A DNA stretch of 64,000 nucleotides from Utricularia gibba (taxonomy: Eukaryota > Plantae > Magnoliophyta), in assembly GCA_002189035.1 (NCBI GenBank), contig NEEC01000012.1, positions 1,550,001 to 1,614,000 of the forward strand. The letters are read 5' to 3'. How positions within the stretch are numbered: the stretch's first letter is position 1; every line of letters starts with the position of its first letter. The notes below the pieces were generated by a model that had not been told where the DNA came from, did no database searches, and saw only the letters and a program-made list of their open reading frames with translations. Both the position numbers and the translations under genes were made by a program. Below, piece after piece: positions 62,121 through 64,000 of the stretch.

Positions 62121-62510
62121 TGATAGCAGTTTATATCGATGTGTGAGGGTTGTAGAACAGATATATTTTCATGTTATGCAAGAGTACACATATTTATAGT
62201 TCTTTAGCAACGGTCGCCTACTTCTAGGGATTAGCCGTTGCTCACTACGACTTCCAACAATATTGACTTCAGCACGTTGGGCCATATCATCATGTTGGGC
62301 CATTTTCTTGAAGTGGATGAGTAGCAAGATCTTTGTTGGTGGCCCATCTTCTGATCTTGCTGTCCAGTATAATCAGTCCGAGTTGCTGACAGACCTTCTT
62401 CTTCTTCCTCCCGTTATCTCTCAACACATTCGTATTTTCCTGTTCTGGGTCCTCCACATTTCTCACAGTTTGCTGCTGGTTTATCTCATATTCGTCCTCA
62501 CTCGACATCA
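62121..62510 (-). repeat. 5' LTR of copia element
   Basis: 390-bp direct repeat of 57164-57553. Confidence 0.97.
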
Positions 62511-64000
62511 GGGGGACCTTCTTCCTCTTCTCCCTTTCCATGATTTGCTGGACATTTTGGTAAACTAAGAATCCCACCAGCTCTCTCCATCTTGCCCTTT
62601 CTTCCTCTTTTTCTTCTGTATCTGTAAAATTAGTGATTGCGTATTCGAATTCATGGTGTTACTCATGGATCACATGACTATGAATCTCAAGAACAGTATG
62701 AATCACACTGTACTGTAAAGTTCTAGGGAAACCCCAGCTCAGCACTTTATCAAGCTTAGAGAATGATCACAAGCTCTAGATTCAATCGCCTGCTTCTTTA
62801 TTATCTCATCTGAGAAAGAAAAACTCAATTCCTGCCTAGGAACTGGTCAGCGGCTCAGGGCGGCTGTGCTCCAAGAGTCCTTTACTTTCTGCCTTTTGCA
62901 ACGCCCCATCAACCACCGATCGAGCACAGTCAGCACAGTGGAACCAGTCCTTTATAGATCTAAAACTCCTTCATTTAAGCTTTGTTTCAATGGAGTCTTC
63001 ATTAGCAGATCGACTCCATTTTCTAGAAAATGAATTTGATCCCACTATCAAAAGAGTAAGGTTTTGTGAGTGTTTATGTAAACCCTAAACCGCATTCGTT
63101 CATGATTTACAGGCATTAACACTCAGAACAGCTCTAGGGTTTTTGGCTGTGGGCATTACGATGAAAAAGCACAGTACCTGTGTCTAAGAAAGAGAAAGAA
63201 TTTGTCCAATTTACAAAACACGCATGAGGTAATGCTGCTGTTTCTGTTCATGGCTTAAAGAAAGGCCGACACTTTAGGGTTCTAAACTGAAACGACTTTA
63301 ATGTGACAAAGCAACCAGAAAAATCACCCCTCCCTGGCTGGTAAAAGTGCTTTTACTCTTTGGAAATTGAAGCTTGTCCGCAGTAGAAATCTGACGGTAA
63401 GAAAATGTCGAAACCTTATATCGACTCCACTGATTAAGCCCATGGGTTTTGTTTGTTCTTGAAAATGGATCAGCTCAAACAAACTAATTTAATGGTGGAC
63501 ATTTTTTCGATGAAATGAACCTGAACCTGAACCTACCCCTTTTTGAGTCGGCTCGAGAACCCAGAAGGAGCTCCGGACATGCCCGCCTTGGTTGGGCTGA
63601 GTGTAGTTGTCGTGGGGCATTAGCTCCACAGTACGATTGTCCTAAAAAAATGAATTCTTTGGGGCAGAGGCCGAGGGGTAGTCAAGAGAAGCGATTTCAA
63701 CCACAATGAATGCTGCTGCATCGTCCTTCGCATCTTTTGATGTCTGCGTGAACAGATTCTCTCGGGCATCTCCTCCTCCTCCTTCTCCTCCTTCATCCTT
63801 CAACGACTCTTTCGGGATCGCTGTGCTGTGCTGTGCTGCTGTGCTCCGCATTGTCTCCAGGAAGCGCATACTCTCACTTCCAAGTGGGAAGGGCACTACC
63901 TGCGGATCGTTCCAGAAATGTGAACTGTCTTCTTCCTTCTCCACTGGAAGTACTGCTCATCGTTGCTGCACAGTTTTAGGTTTTAGGTTATGGCTTTCAG

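Larger units (their letters stand above)
57164..62510 (-). mobile_element. Full-length young Ty1/copia LTR retrotransposon (5347 bp)
   Basis: TG...CA LTRs lie at 57164-57553 and 62121-62510 (390 bp, no differences seen). The 5-bp TSD is GGGGG, the PBS is at 62103-62120 and a purine tract is at 57554-57562. Confidence 0.97.

Noticed and set aside
57306-62577. Duplicated 91-101 aa ORFs at 57306 and 62263/62290
   Set aside because: They are readings of the two identical LTRs, not separate genes.
63642-63944. 100-aa minus-strand ORF / possible miRNA hairpin
   Set aside because: Low-complexity (GGA, CAGCA repeats) with an in-frame stop just upstream. No family or known miRNA was recognised, and context is cut by the window edge.

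Overview
This is a window of a plant nuclear genome (eudicot-like, with GT-AG introns and very AT-rich spacers). Gene-dense blocks at 0-6.5 kb (TPX2, METTL21-like methyltransferase, CER16/RIPR) and 47-57 kb (PDCB5-like X8, HAD/riboflavin-kinase-like, 14-3-3, trihelix, ALOG) flank a ~40 kb transposon-rich interval. The main result is a 13,950-bp hAT element (29834-43783) with TAGA..TGGGCA TIRs and a perfect 8-bp TSD (CTTATGAG). It carries a decayed transposase plus ~11 kb of intron-containing host DNA: a villin 5' end, a near-complete RRP43, a MED15a-like gene and a purH 3' half. It splits an inverted pseudo-copy of the neighbouring 14-3-3 gene exactly at an exon/intron junction. A second result is a very young, intact Ty1/copia element (57164-62510) with identical 390-bp LTRs, a GGGGG TSD and a tRNA-Trp PBS. 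Its ORF runs into the 3' LTR, and it inserted just before the stop codon of an ALOG gene, giving that gene a new C-terminus. Also present are a MuDR+Ulp1 element, two kinase-less L-type lectin genes (one frameshifted), a plastid ycf2 insertion and gypsy remnants. Family assignments come from motif recall, and identities were judged by eye, not computed.
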